DNA of 64,000 nucleotides from Candidatus Gastranaerophilaceae bacterium (lineage in GTDB: Bacteria; Cyanobacteriota; Vampirovibrionia; Gastranaerophilales; Gastranaerophilaceae), in assembly GCA_045638025.1 (NCBI GenBank), contig JAZUAO010000006.1, positions 3,281-67,280 on the forward strand. The letters are read 5' to 3'. The notes below the pieces were generated by a model that ran no database searches, was not told where the DNA came from, and saw only the letters and a list, made by a program, of their open reading frames with translations. Below, in pieces: positions 51,935 through 61,590 of this stretch (the stretch's first letter is position 1; each line of letters opens with the position of its first letter). The position numbers and the translations under genes are program-made.

Positions 51935-52237
51935 TTATTCTTTAGGCAAAAAATCTTGCCAATGCTCATCAAGATTTTTTATAAATCTATGAGCGTCAAT
52001 GACGTCATCATAATTAATAGGTTCAGGGCCGTCTTGTACTTCAAGCGGCTCTTTTACTTCTATACTACTCAAACCTAAAAAAGCAACACCAAAACTTTTG
52101 CCACAATGATTACATACAAGATGAGTAACCAATAAACCATCTTCCTCCCGCTTAACTTGAATAGATTCCTCATCAAAAGCAGCCTTGCATCGGGAACAAC
52201 ATAAATTATCAAATAATACTTTTAACTTCTTTTCCAT
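51935..52237 (-). CDS. small zinc-ribbon protein
   Basis: 100 aa with CCSRC...CNHC Cys pairs and an acidic C-terminal half. Confidence 0.5.
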   Translation of the reverse strand: MEKKLKVLFDNLCCSRCKAAFDEESIQVKREEDGLLVTHLVCNHCGKSFGVAFLGLSSIEVKEPLEVQDGPEPINYDDVIDAHRFIKNLDEHWQDFLPKE

Positions 52238-52339
52238 ATTGACCTCATTATATCAAAAATTTTCATCTTTTTATACGAAAAAATGTTATTTTTTAAACAG
52301 ACATGGGAATAATAAACATGTGGCAAAAGGAGAGTTATC

Positions 52340-52435
52340 ATGGAAGCAATTAACTTAATCCTATTTGGTTTTATCGTCTACACAGCGTTAATCGTAATCC
52401 CTAGTATTTGGGAAGAATTAACTACAGAAGGATAA
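52340..52435 (+). CDS. 31-aa hydrophobic peptide, not in ORF track
   Basis: A strong RBS (AAAGGAGAG) lies 6 nt before the ATG. Product is MEAINLILFGFIVYTALIVIPSIWEELTTEG, a single TM plus an acidic tail. Confidence 0.4.
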   Translation: MEAINLILFGFIVYTALIVIPSIWEELTTEG

Positions 52436-52532
52436 ACCGCTCTAAAACTTAAGACGTAAAAATTACGGCAAAGTTCCAACGCCAATTAAGAGAGTTTAGT
52501 GTTTTAAAAGTGTTTATTTTACGTTTAATAAT

Positions 52533-53894
52533 TTAGACGTTAATATTGTTGCGCAAAATTTCCTTTGCACAATCTAAAGCAACGTCAGTCACAAAATCCA
52601 TATCTTCCTTTGAAATAATTAAAGGAGGATTGAAATAGATTACATTACCTAACGGACGCAACAAAACACCTTTGTCTAAAGCTTTTTTGTAAATTTGATA
52701 ACCAATTCTTAACTTACTATCAAATGGTTCTTTATTTTCTTTATCTTTAACCAGTTCAATTGCATTAATCAAACCTATCGAGCGCACTTCTCCAACATTA
52801 GATAATGGTAGAAATTTTTCTTTGATAATCTCATTAAAATATTTAGCATTTTCATTGGCTTTTTCAATTATCCTTTCATCTTCTAAAACATTTAAGACTT
52901 CAATAGCCGCAGAACACGCCAAAGGATTACCGGCATAAGTATGACTGTGCATAAAGGCTTTCCCCTCGTTATAATCTGCATAAAATGCATCATAAATTTT
53001 TTGAGTTGTTACACAAATAGACATTGGCATATAACCACCAGTCAAACCTTTTGACAAACACATTATATCAGGACTAACATTTGCATAATCGAAAGCAAAC
53101 ATTTTACCAGTTCTACCATAACCTGTTGCAATTTCATCTGCAATCAAATGAACATTATACTTATCACAAAGGCTTCTTAGTTTTTTCAAGTAAAGTGGCG
53201 GATAAATCTTCATCCCTGCAGAACCTTGTAACAAAGGTTCAACTAACATAGCACAAGCCTCATCGCCTACTTTTTCAAAAACCTTTTCGGCTTGCTCAAA
53301 ACATTCACAAGCACAATTATCACGGCACTTACCATAAGGACATCTGAAACAATCTGGGGCTTGTACTCGTTCTACATCTAATAGAATTGGCTTGTAAATT
53401 TCGGTATATAAATCACAAGCCCCCACAGACAATGCGCCAATTGTTTCTCCATGGTAAGCATCTGTAAAAGTAATAAAACGTTTTTTATTCGTATTTCCAA
53501 CCTGTTGATGATACTGGAAACTCATTTTCATTGCCATTTCAACAGCTGCTGAACCATTATCTGCAAAATTGAACTTACATAATCCTTTTGGTAAGATTTT
53601 TGATAATTTTTCACATAATATTATCGCAGTTTTGTGAGTAAAATTAGCAAAAATAACGTGCTCAAGTTTATCCAATTGATTTTTGATGGCTTGATTAATA
53701 CGAGGATTACAATGACCTAAAAGGTTACACCACCATGAACTCACAACATCTTTATAACATTTTCCATCAATATCATAAAGATTAATTCCTTGTGCTTTAT
53801 CAATAACAATAGGTGGTAACTCTTCATAGTCTTTCATTTGCGAACAAGGATGCCAAATATATTCTAAATCTTTTTTTGCCCAATCATTTACCAA
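52533..53894 (-). CDS. bioA: adenosylmethionine-8-amino-7-oxononanoate aminotransferase
   Basis: 453 aa class III aminotransferase with YIWHP, ADEIATGYGRTGKMFA and SKGLTGGY (PLP Lys). It overlaps bioD. Confidence 0.9.
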   Translation of the reverse strand: MVNDWAKKDLEYIWHPCSQMKDYEELPPIVIDKAQGINLYDIDGKCYKDVVSSWWCNLLGHCNPRINQAIKNQLDKLEHVIFANFTHKTAIILCEKLSKILPKGLCKFNFADNGSAAVEMAMKMSFQYHQQVGNTNKKRFITFTDAYHGETIGALSVGACDLYTEIYKPILLDVERVQAPDCFRCPYGKCRDNCACECFEQAEKVFEKVGDEACAMLVEPLLQGSAGMKIYPPLYLKKLRSLCDKYNVHLIADEIATGYGRTGKMFAFDYANVSPDIMCLSKGLTGGYMPMSICVTTQKIYDAFYADYNEGKAFMHSHTYAGNPLACSAAIEVLNVLEDERIIEKANENAKYFNEIIKEKFLPLSNVGEVRSIGLINAIELVKDKENKEPFDSKLRIGYQIYKKALDKGVLLRPLGNVIYFNPPLIISKEDMDFVTDVALDCAKEILRNNINV

Positions 53895-54544
53895 TTTATT
53901 TCTCCAATATCAACTGCATCTTTCTTCACTGTCGCAATAACCTTAATACCTGTAAGCTTTTCAATACTTAATTTGTTATCTTGGTGCATATAATTTTCAC
54001 TATCAAAATTATTTAATATAATCCCACGGACAGAAATTCCTTTCTGTTTAGCAAATTCAACTGTAAGAACCGTTGAATTTATTGTACCTAAACCAGCATC
54101 GGCTACAATAATAATATCTAATCCTAACAACTTTATTAAGTCAGCCATAATAATTGGTGTATCAGACAAATTTAGAGGACAAACAATACCTCCAGCACCT
54201 TCAACAACGATAAAATCATACATTGCAGAATGTGCCTTGTAGTCAGCTAATATTTTTTCTTGTTTTATCTCACTTGAAGCAAGATGAGGCGATACAGCAG
54301 GCTCAAATATATAAGATACACAAGATTCAGGTGCACAAGATAATTTAGCAGTTTCCACAACATATTTAGCATCACCAGGAACAAGTTTTCCATCTATATT
54401 TTCTGCACCACTCAAAACAGGTTTGAAATAGCCACAATTAACATTTTGTTCCCTTATTTTTTTTACAAGGAGAGCCGAGATATAAGTTTTACCAATATCA
54501 GTCCCTGTAGCTGTTATAAAAATTCCTTGGGTATTTCTATTCAT
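53888..54544 (-). CDS. bioD: dethiobiotin synthetase
   Basis: GIFITATGTDIGKTY P-loop. ATG 54544 is preferred over the track start TTG 54562, because a terminator T-run occupies 54556-54565. Confidence 0.85.
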   Translation of the reverse strand: MNRNTQGIFITATGTDIGKTYISALLVKKIREQNVNCGYFKPVLSGAENIDGKLVPGDAKYVVETAKLSCAPESCVSYIFEPAVSPHLASSEIKQEKILADYKAHSAMYDFIVVEGAGGIVCPLNLSDTPIIMADLIKLLGLDIIIVADAGLGTINSTVLTVEFAKQKGISVRGIILNNFDSENYMHQDNKLSIEKLTGIKVIATVKKDAVDIGEINW

Positions 54545-54555
54545 AAGAAGATTGT

Positions 54556-54588
54556 AAAACAAAAACGGCTCGAAATCTATCGAACCGT
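54556..54588 (-). terminator. rho-independent terminator after the TpsB-like gene
   Basis: On the minus strand: ACGGTTCGA-TAGATT-TCGAGCCGT (9-bp stem with one mismatch) followed by TTTTTGTTTT. Confidence 0.5.
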
Positions 54589-54611
54589 CAATGTTTTATA
54601 TAATTTTAAAA

Positions 54612-56567
54612 TTATAGTGCTGCACCACCATCTAAGAAGTAGTCATAGTGTCTAATATCATCATAGTTATTAATATAGTCGGACTGAACTTCTTTTTGAA
54701 CTTGTGGAACAACCTTAGCAGCTACAGATCTATTTTTAAGTAATTTGTCGATGCTTGGTTCTAATACTAAGTCAAAGTGGAAACGACCGTATTTTCTATC
54801 ATATTCGTATGCGTTATTTACAAGTGGGAAGCCCCAATATAATCTAGCACTTAAATCACCAGGTAATTGGACTCTTAAACCTGTACCAACAGACATTAAG
54901 AAATAGCTTCCATCATAAGCATCATATCTAGCTTGTGGGAAAACACCTGCGTGATCTGCAAAAATAGCACCTTTAACATATTTACCTAAAAACGGAATTT
55001 TTTCACCAGTTCTAGGGCTTGTAATTTCTCTAGGAAGTAGAGGGAACATTAATTCTGCACTTGTAAAGTAACCATTTTTACCAATTAATGTACCTTCTGA
55101 ATATCCTCTAGCAGTCAACAAACCTCCGGCCATAAATTGATCTAAATATGGGATATCTTTATTATTTGGAATAATTTGGTAGTTTGCTCTTAACTGTGCA
55201 ATTACACCGTGAGATAAGTCGTGAATTCTCATCACACCACCATTAATTTTGAAGTAGTTTGAATCTTTATCAAACAATGGTGCTGCATATGATAAACCTT
55301 GGTTTGCATACCAAATACCACGAGTAGTATCTTTTCTCATATTTAAACCAAGATCTAAGCTTGTAACTTCATCTCTGCGCAATAAGTCATTTACACCAAA
55401 TAATTTAAATATATCAGCAGTTGTTTTTGAAAACTTATAATTCAATGAACTGTATGCTTTTAACTCAAAACCAGGAGTTCTTTTAAGTGGTTGAGTATAA
55501 TATAAAGAGAACATATGCGCTCTACTTTTTAATCCCCAAGGAGCGTAATCACCGTGCATTACAGTAGCCATTGTTGATGAATAACCAAACCCAACACGAC
55601 CATCACGTTTATTTACTGGAATATTATAATCAAAGAATGGACTCACCGCACCGTGGCTGAAATATGAACCCAATGACATTCTATCACGGTATCCAAATAA
55701 ACTATCAGCAACGATCATTGGACCACCTCTTAAGGTACCTGTTGATTTACGACCCATATTATCCATTACACCCATAATGTGGAATGGGAAGTTTTCTTTT
55801 GCTGTTAATTCGATATCAGTTGTACCAGGTTTTGCACCTGCTTTCAAGTTAGCTGATAAATTAACACCTTCATTATATCTATTGAAATCCAATACATCAG
55901 CTTCTAGTTTTACAATATCAAATAATTGTCCTTCTTGTTGAGGTACTCTATCAGCAATATATTTTGATTTTGTCCATCTGTTATCTTTAACAGTAACTTG
56001 TCCAATTCTACTTTCAATCAAGTCAACATAAATTGCGCCATTTTCAACCTGTTGTTCTGGCAAGTATGCTTTTGCTGTAACAAAACCTTTTTGAGCATAT
56101 AAATTATTGATTTCATCAATCATTTTTTGGATATCAGAAATAAACAAATTTCTACCAGCATATTTTGAAAGAATAGGTTCAATTTCTTCTCTTGTCAAAA
56201 TTTCTGAAGCCGCAACTTGTATTGTATTTACATATACACCTTTTGTATCAAGTTCTTCAACAGTTGCTTGAATAACATCAGTTGAAGCCGGAGAACCTTG
56301 AATTACAGTACTTTGTCCATCTGTACCACGAGCACGTTGCTCCTGATAAGAATCATAATCAGATTGCACATTACGTTCTCTACGATCAAATAATAAATTG
56401 TCGGTATCGTGTTTGATATTACGACCTGTAATTCCAGCACCAATCTCTTGAATATAATCCATCTCTGCAGCTGTAGTAGCAGCCTGTGTACTAGGAGCGA
56501 GCATACAAAATGCAGAAAGCATAAGAATCGCGCTTAAAAATCCTTTTTTAGTAATTACCTTTTTCAT
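54612..56567 (-). CDS. ShlB/FhaC/HecB-family two-partner-secretion outer membrane transporter (TpsB, POTRA + beta-barrel)
   Basis: 651 aa with a signal peptide (...CMLAPSTQAATT). The POTRA region is VYVNTIQVAASEILTREEIEPILSKYAGRNLFISDIQKMIDEINNLYAQKGFVTAKAYLPEQ. The C-terminal barrel shows alternating aromatic beta pattern. Confidence 0.8.
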   Translation of the reverse strand: MKKVITKKGFLSAILMLSAFCMLAPSTQAATTAAEMDYIQEIGAGITGRNIKHDTDNLLFDRRERNVQSDYDSYQEQRARGTDGQSTVIQGSPASTDVIQATVEELDTKGVYVNTIQVAASEILTREEIEPILSKYAGRNLFISDIQKMIDEINNLYAQKGFVTAKAYLPEQQVENGAIYVDLIESRIGQVTVKDNRWTKSKYIADRVPQQEGQLFDIVKLEADVLDFNRYNEGVNLSANLKAGAKPGTTDIELTAKENFPFHIMGVMDNMGRKSTGTLRGGPMIVADSLFGYRDRMSLGSYFSHGAVSPFFDYNIPVNKRDGRVGFGYSSTMATVMHGDYAPWGLKSRAHMFSLYYTQPLKRTPGFELKAYSSLNYKFSKTTADIFKLFGVNDLLRRDEVTSLDLGLNMRKDTTRGIWYANQGLSYAAPLFDKDSNYFKINGGVMRIHDLSHGVIAQLRANYQIIPNNKDIPYLDQFMAGGLLTARGYSEGTLIGKNGYFTSAELMFPLLPREITSPRTGEKIPFLGKYVKGAIFADHAGVFPQARYDAYDGSYFLMSVGTGLRVQLPGDLSARLYWGFPLVNNAYEYDRKYGRFHFDLVLEPSIDKLLKNRSVAAKVVPQVQKEVQSDYINNYDDIRHYDYFLDGGAAL

Positions 56568-56830
56568 GTTTATTTATTACCTTTAATTAATATATAAGTC
56601 CAGTTATAACTATTTTCTTACATAACAAGTGAACATGAAGTTTTTTTACATTTTTATTACAAATTAGTAACAAAAATTTATTTTTTGATACAAATCACAA
56701 TTCACCTGTAATTATTATAGTGCAGATTTAAGGACTTGTAAACAATATAACGAAACTTTACGCTATTTATTCGATAGAAAAAACAAAAATCATACAAGTA
56801 TAGGATACACAATTAAATGATTAATTAGTC

Positions 56831-56861
56831 AAAAAAAGAGGCTCTTTCGAGCCTCTTTTTT
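56831..56861 (-). terminator. rho-independent terminator of the hydrogenase operon
   Basis: AGAGGCTC-TTTC-GAGCCTCT flanked by A7 and T6 runs, directly after the hydA stop. Confidence 0.8.
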
Positions 56862-58608
56862 ATTTCACATCTCTGTATGAATTTTGGAATCTATCCTGAT
56901 ATACAGTGTGCAACAATTCGTGAGCTTTATGTGAATTTGGTTTTTCCAAATAATCACTATATAACTTTTGAATTGATTCATTCAAATGTGATTTACGAAC
57001 TGCAAGGTCTTTGTCTTCTTTATAAAGACCTTCAGCACGTTGTGCTTTTACAGTTGAATCATCACAACTTCTAGGTTGACCACCACCATTGATACAACCG
57101 CCAGGACAAGCCATAACTTCCAATAACGCGAATTGAGCTTTACCTTCTTTGATTTCTTTTATAGATTTTTCAGCTTCTTTCAAAGTAGAAACAACTCTAA
57201 CAACAAGCTTTGTTCCTTTTAAATCAAGCTCAACATCACGGCATCTATTTGAAGTACCTCTTAATGGTTTAATATCAATATCTTGTAATGGTTCACCAGT
57301 TGCATATTCATACGCAGTACGAACTGCAGCTTCAGCAACACCACCAGATGCCCCAAAGATTGTACCTGCACCAGTATATTCACCGTATGGAGAATCTGCC
57401 TCTTCTGGTTCTAATGATGCAAAATCTATACCAGCACTTTTAATCATTTTACCAAGCTCTTTTGTTGTCAAAACGAAATCTGTATCTTGTTTACCATCAT
57501 GTGAAAGTTCTGAACGAAGTGCCTCAAATTTCTTCCCTGTACAAGGCATTATTGAAACAACTGTCAAATCTTTTCTTTCAACACCTAATACTTTTGGCAA
57601 CAAGTCAACTAGAACTGCCGATTGCATTGACATTGGAGATTTGCAACTTGATAAATGTTTTGTCATTTCTGGGTGCATAGTTTCAACATATTTAACCCAA
57701 CCAGGACAACAAGAAGTAAATAATGGTAAATTTTCACCTGATTTAACTCTACCTAAGAATTCTGTTGCTTCTTCTAAAATAGTAAGGTCAGCTGCAAAGT
57801 TTGTATCAAATACCATATCAAAACCAATGCGTCTTAACGCTGCATTCATTTTACCAATCACGTTTTCACCAGGTTTTAAACCAAACATTTCTCCAAGAGC
57901 AACACGTACTGATGGAGCCATGTGAGCAACAACCTTCATTGAAGGATTTGTAATTCTTGCCCAAACTTCATCAATACAAGATTTAATTGATAACGCACCT
58001 GTAGGACAAACAGCAACACATTGACCGCAATTAATACAATCAACCTGACCTAAAGGTCTACCATTCATAGGCTGAACAAGTGTTTTAGAACCACGATTTG
58101 CAAAACCTAAAACTGAATGGCCTTGATATTCTGAACAAGCTCTTACACAAGCGCCACAAAGAATACATTTGTTTGGATCTCTAACAATAGCAGGACTGCT
58201 ATCGTCAACTGGTAAAAAGTCTTCTTTTTCTGCATAACGAATTTCTTTAATACCGTATTCTTCGGCATATTTTTGAAGTTCACAATCACCAGATTTTTCA
58301 CAAGTCAAACATTTTCTATCATGATTTGCAAGTAAAAGTTCTAGAACTGTTTTTCTGATTCTTCTTGTTTTTTCTGTATTTAAATGAATTTTTAAACCTG
58401 CTTCTGGTGGCATTGTACAAGATGATTGAATACCTCGACCTTCAACTTCAACAACACACATTCTGCAAGCACCGAAAGATGTCAAATCAGGACGATAGCA
58501 AAATGTAGGAACATTCATGCCAGCTTTTCTGATAACTTCAAGCAAATTCGGTTCATTTGTAAATTCAACTTCTTTTCCGTCTATAAATAATGTTTTCTTA
58601 TCTGTCAT
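56860..58608 (-). CDS. hydA: [FeFe]-hydrogenase catalytic subunit (HydA, M3-type with N-terminal 2Fe-2S and 4Fe-4S domains)
   Basis: 582 aa with H-cluster motifs FTSCCPGWV, IMPCTGKKFE and EVMACPGGCINGGGQP, plus ferredoxin-type CxxCxxCxxxCP clusters. Confidence 0.93.
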   Translation of the reverse strand: MTDKKTLFIDGKEVEFTNEPNLLEVIRKAGMNVPTFCYRPDLTSFGACRMCVVEVEGRGIQSSCTMPPEAGLKIHLNTEKTRRIRKTVLELLLANHDRKCLTCEKSGDCELQKYAEEYGIKEIRYAEKEDFLPVDDSSPAIVRDPNKCILCGACVRACSEYQGHSVLGFANRGSKTLVQPMNGRPLGQVDCINCGQCVAVCPTGALSIKSCIDEVWARITNPSMKVVAHMAPSVRVALGEMFGLKPGENVIGKMNAALRRIGFDMVFDTNFAADLTILEEATEFLGRVKSGENLPLFTSCCPGWVKYVETMHPEMTKHLSSCKSPMSMQSAVLVDLLPKVLGVERKDLTVVSIMPCTGKKFEALRSELSHDGKQDTDFVLTTKELGKMIKSAGIDFASLEPEEADSPYGEYTGAGTIFGASGGVAEAAVRTAYEYATGEPLQDIDIKPLRGTSNRCRDVELDLKGTKLVVRVVSTLKEAEKSIKEIKEGKAQFALLEVMACPGGCINGGGQPRSCDDSTVKAQRAEGLYKEDKDLAVRKSHLNESIQKLYSDYLEKPNSHKAHELLHTVYQDRFQNSYRDVK

Positions 58609-58620
58609 AATTTAATTCCT

Positions 58621-60483
58621 CTACTTTAATACTATTGCCTTAAATGGACAGTTATTCAAACAAACTTCACACTTAATACATTTATCTTGATTAATTACGT
58701 GAGGCTGTTTTACTGTTCCCTCAATTGCACCGACAGGGCAAGTTCTTGCACATTTTGTACAACCCTTACATTTATCTTCTTCGATAACAATTGTTTTCAT
58801 TGCTGTACAAACACCAGCTGGACATTTTTTATCAACAATGTGAGCAATATATTCATCTCTAAAGTATTTTAAAGTTGAAAGTACAGGGTTTGGAGCAGTT
58901 TTACCCAAACCACATAAAGAACCATCTTTAACAGTATGAGCTAGTTCTTCTAACAAGTCTAAATCAGAAAGTTCACCTTTGCCTGCAACGATCTTTTCAA
59001 GAATTTTTAACATGTTCTTAGTACCTTCGCGGCAAGGAACACATTTACCACAACTTTCATTTTTAGTAAAGTTCATAAAGAATCTTGCAACTTCAACCAT
59101 ACAAGTGTCTTCTGCCATTACAACAAGACCACCTGAGCCTACCATTGCACCAGCTTTTAATAAGTTATCATAATCTAATGGCAAGTCTAAATGTTCTTCA
59201 GTTAAACAACCACCAGAAGGGCCACCAATTTGAACGGCTTTGAATTTTTTACCTCCACGGATGCCACCGCCGATATTGAATACGATTTCTCTAAGTGTAG
59301 TACCCATAGGAACTTCAATAAGACCAGTGTTATTAACTTCACCTGTTAACGCGAATGTTTTTGTACCTTTTGAAGTTTCAGTACCCATTTGAGCAAACCA
59401 ATCAGCACCATTCAACATAATTACTGGAACATTGGCCAATGTTTCAACGTTATTAATCAATGTTGGACGGCCAAACAAACCTTTGTTTGCAGGAAATGGC
59501 GGTTTTGGTCTTGGCATACCACGTTCACCTTCAATTGATGCAATAAGAGCAGTTTCTTCACCACAAACAAATGCTCCTGCACCTTCTTTAATATGTAAAT
59601 CAAACGAGAAGTCACTTCCCATAATATTTTTACCTAAGAAATTTCTAGCTTCAGCATCAGCGATAGCTTTTCTTAAGCGTTTGATCGCCAAAGGATATTC
59701 AGCACGAACATAGATATAACCTTCATCTGCGCCAATAGCAAATGCAGCGATTGCCATACCTTCAAGAAGTTTATGAGGATCACCTTCCATAATACTTCTA
59801 TCCATAAATGCCCCTGGGTCGCCTTCGTCACCGTTACACACAACATAAGATTTTCCACCTTTATTTGCTGCAGTAAATCTCCATTTACGACCTGTAGGGA
59901 AACCTCCGCCTCCACGGCCTCTCAAACCTGATTTTTCAATTGTATCGACTACAGCATCAGGATTATTTTCTTCTAATACATTTGCTAAAGCTTCATAACC
60001 TCTAACTGCGACAGCTTCATCCAAACATTCAGCATTGATATGTCCGCAATTTGCTAAAGCAGTACGAGTTTGTTTTGCATAAAAATTAATTTCTTCATTC
60101 TTATGAACATGTTCACCAGTCATAGGATCTGTATAAAGCAATCTTTCTACAGGTTTATTATTTCTTACATGGCTTTCATAAATTTCATCAACATCTTTAT
60201 AACGAACTTTTACGTAAGTTACGTGTTTGTCTGGAATAATTACCAAAACACCTTGTTCACAAAAACCGTGACAACCAGTAGGTACAATTGTCATTTTGTC
60301 ATAGTCAGTTAAAACTGAGACATCTGCACCTAATTCTTTAAATCTTTCTATAACACCCAATGAGCCATTTGCAACACAACCAGTACCTGCACAAACAAGA
60401 ACTCTTAAACCTTGTTGCTTAACAACTTCTTGAGCTTTCTTTTGTTCTTCTCTTATATCAATAGTTAATTTTGCTTTTTCCAT
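58621..60483 (-). CDS. hydB: NADH-binding hydrogenase subunit (HydB, NuoF-like flavoprotein with extra Fe-S domains)
   Basis: 620 aa with GRGGGGFPTGRKW (FMN/NADH site), ESCGKCVPCREG (N3 cluster) and C-terminal 2x CxxCxxCxxxCP. Confidence 0.9.
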   Translation of the reverse strand: MEKAKLTIDIREEQKKAQEVVKQQGLRVLVCAGTGCVANGSLGVIERFKELGADVSVLTDYDKMTIVPTGCHGFCEQGVLVIIPDKHVTYVKVRYKDVDEIYESHVRNNKPVERLLYTDPMTGEHVHKNEEINFYAKQTRTALANCGHINAECLDEAVAVRGYEALANVLEENNPDAVVDTIEKSGLRGRGGGGFPTGRKWRFTAANKGGKSYVVCNGDEGDPGAFMDRSIMEGDPHKLLEGMAIAAFAIGADEGYIYVRAEYPLAIKRLRKAIADAEARNFLGKNIMGSDFSFDLHIKEGAGAFVCGEETALIASIEGERGMPRPKPPFPANKGLFGRPTLINNVETLANVPVIMLNGADWFAQMGTETSKGTKTFALTGEVNNTGLIEVPMGTTLREIVFNIGGGIRGGKKFKAVQIGGPSGGCLTEEHLDLPLDYDNLLKAGAMVGSGGLVVMAEDTCMVEVARFFMNFTKNESCGKCVPCREGTKNMLKILEKIVAGKGELSDLDLLEELAHTVKDGSLCGLGKTAPNPVLSTLKYFRDEYIAHIVDKKCPAGVCTAMKTIVIEEDKCKGCTKCARTCPVGAIEGTVKQPHVINQDKCIKCEVCLNNCPFKAIVLK

Positions 60484-60484
60484 C

Positions 60485-60982
60485 TTATGCTTCCTCTTTC
60501 ATTAGGGTATCTAACACAATACTGATAGCATCTGAAGTCATTTGTGGATAAACCTTTTCATTGATAACTACAACAGGTGCTAAACCGCAAGCCCCCAAAC
60601 AACTAACGGTTTCAAGAGAAAACAAGCCATTATCACTTGTTAACTGCCCTTCTTTAAGGTTTAGTTTATTTCTAATAGCGTTTAATACTGGCATTGAGCC
60701 TCTAACGTGACATGCTGTACCGTCACAAACTTTTATTTCATATTTACCTTTTGGTTCTAATGAAAATTGTGCATAGAATGTTGCAACCCCAAAAACTGTT
60801 GCTGGCGACAACCCTTCTATTTTTGTACCAATGTAAATCATTGCTTCTTCAGGTAAATATCTATACTCTTCCTGAACTTTTTGCAAAATTGCAATCAAGT
60901 TAGCTTTTTTGAACTCGTAAGTGTTCAAAATCTCATCCAGCTTGGCTGTGCTGATTTTGTGTGAACTGCCTGCGCTCATCAT
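60485..60982 (-). CDS. hydC: hydrogenase subunit HydC (NuoE-like thioredoxin-fold 2Fe-2S protein)
   Basis: 165 aa with VCDGTACHVRG ... VSCLGACGLAPV 2Fe-2S ligands. Confidence 0.88.
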   Translation of the reverse strand: MMSAGSSHKISTAKLDEILNTYEFKKANLIAILQKVQEEYRYLPEEAMIYIGTKIEGLSPATVFGVATFYAQFSLEPKGKYEIKVCDGTACHVRGSMPVLNAIRNKLNLKEGQLTSDNGLFSLETVSCLGACGLAPVVVINEKVYPQMTSDAISIVLDTLMKEEA

Positions 60983-61091
60983 TAACTCCTATTTAATTGT
61001 GTATATTAACCCCGATTGTTAAAGACCACCAATTAACAATCTTAAGAGAATTATTGCACATTTCCCCAATAAAAGCAAGCAATTTACAACA

Positions 61092-61580
61092 TTATTTTGT
61101 AACTTTTTCAGTCATTTCTTGAATATTTCGATATAAATTCCTCAAGAAAGTATCTTCATATGACTTTTTGGTTTTTCTTGAATACTGCAAATCGTCCGCT
61201 TTAATATCAAAAATCACAAAATCATTATGCTCAACCGTATGGATTTTTTTAGCATCAGCAGAAACTAATTTTTCATCAACCATACCACTTAATAAATTTG
61301 TAACTTTTACAAGCAAATTCCCTTCAGTTTGTTTTCCCACGTGAGGTTTTGTTGCATAACCATTTACAATAGCTTCACCTGCATCATAAATATCAACACC
61401 TACACCCTGATTCATAACATAATTAGTTATAACTTTTTGAGCTCCACGCATTTCATCGTATGCAGGCCTATTTATTTTATTCGAGTGAATAGTAACAAAT
61501 CTATCCAACAATTGTTGTTCTTTTCCTCTTTTATATTCAAATCTTGCTTGTCGTAACCTTGCTAAAATTTTATTTACCAC
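61092..61580 (-). CDS. hypothetical protein
   Basis: 162-aa ORF in a co-directional array. No motif is recognised. Confidence 0.5.
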   Translation of the reverse strand: MVNKILARLRQARFEYKRGKEQQLLDRFVTIHSNKINRPAYDEMRGAQKVITNYVMNQGVGVDIYDAGEAIVNGYATKPHVGKQTEGNLLVKVTNLLSGMVDEKLVSADAKKIHTVEHNDFVIFDIKADDLQYSRKTKKSYEDTFLRNLYRNIQEMTEKVTK

Positions 61581-61590
61581 AAAATCCTCT

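Noticed and set aside
57149-57925. A 258-aa plus-strand ORF overlapping hydA.
   Set aside because: The minus-strand frame carries all three H-cluster motifs. The plus-strand product is Ser/Thr/Pro-rich with no recognisable features, typical of a shadow ORF.
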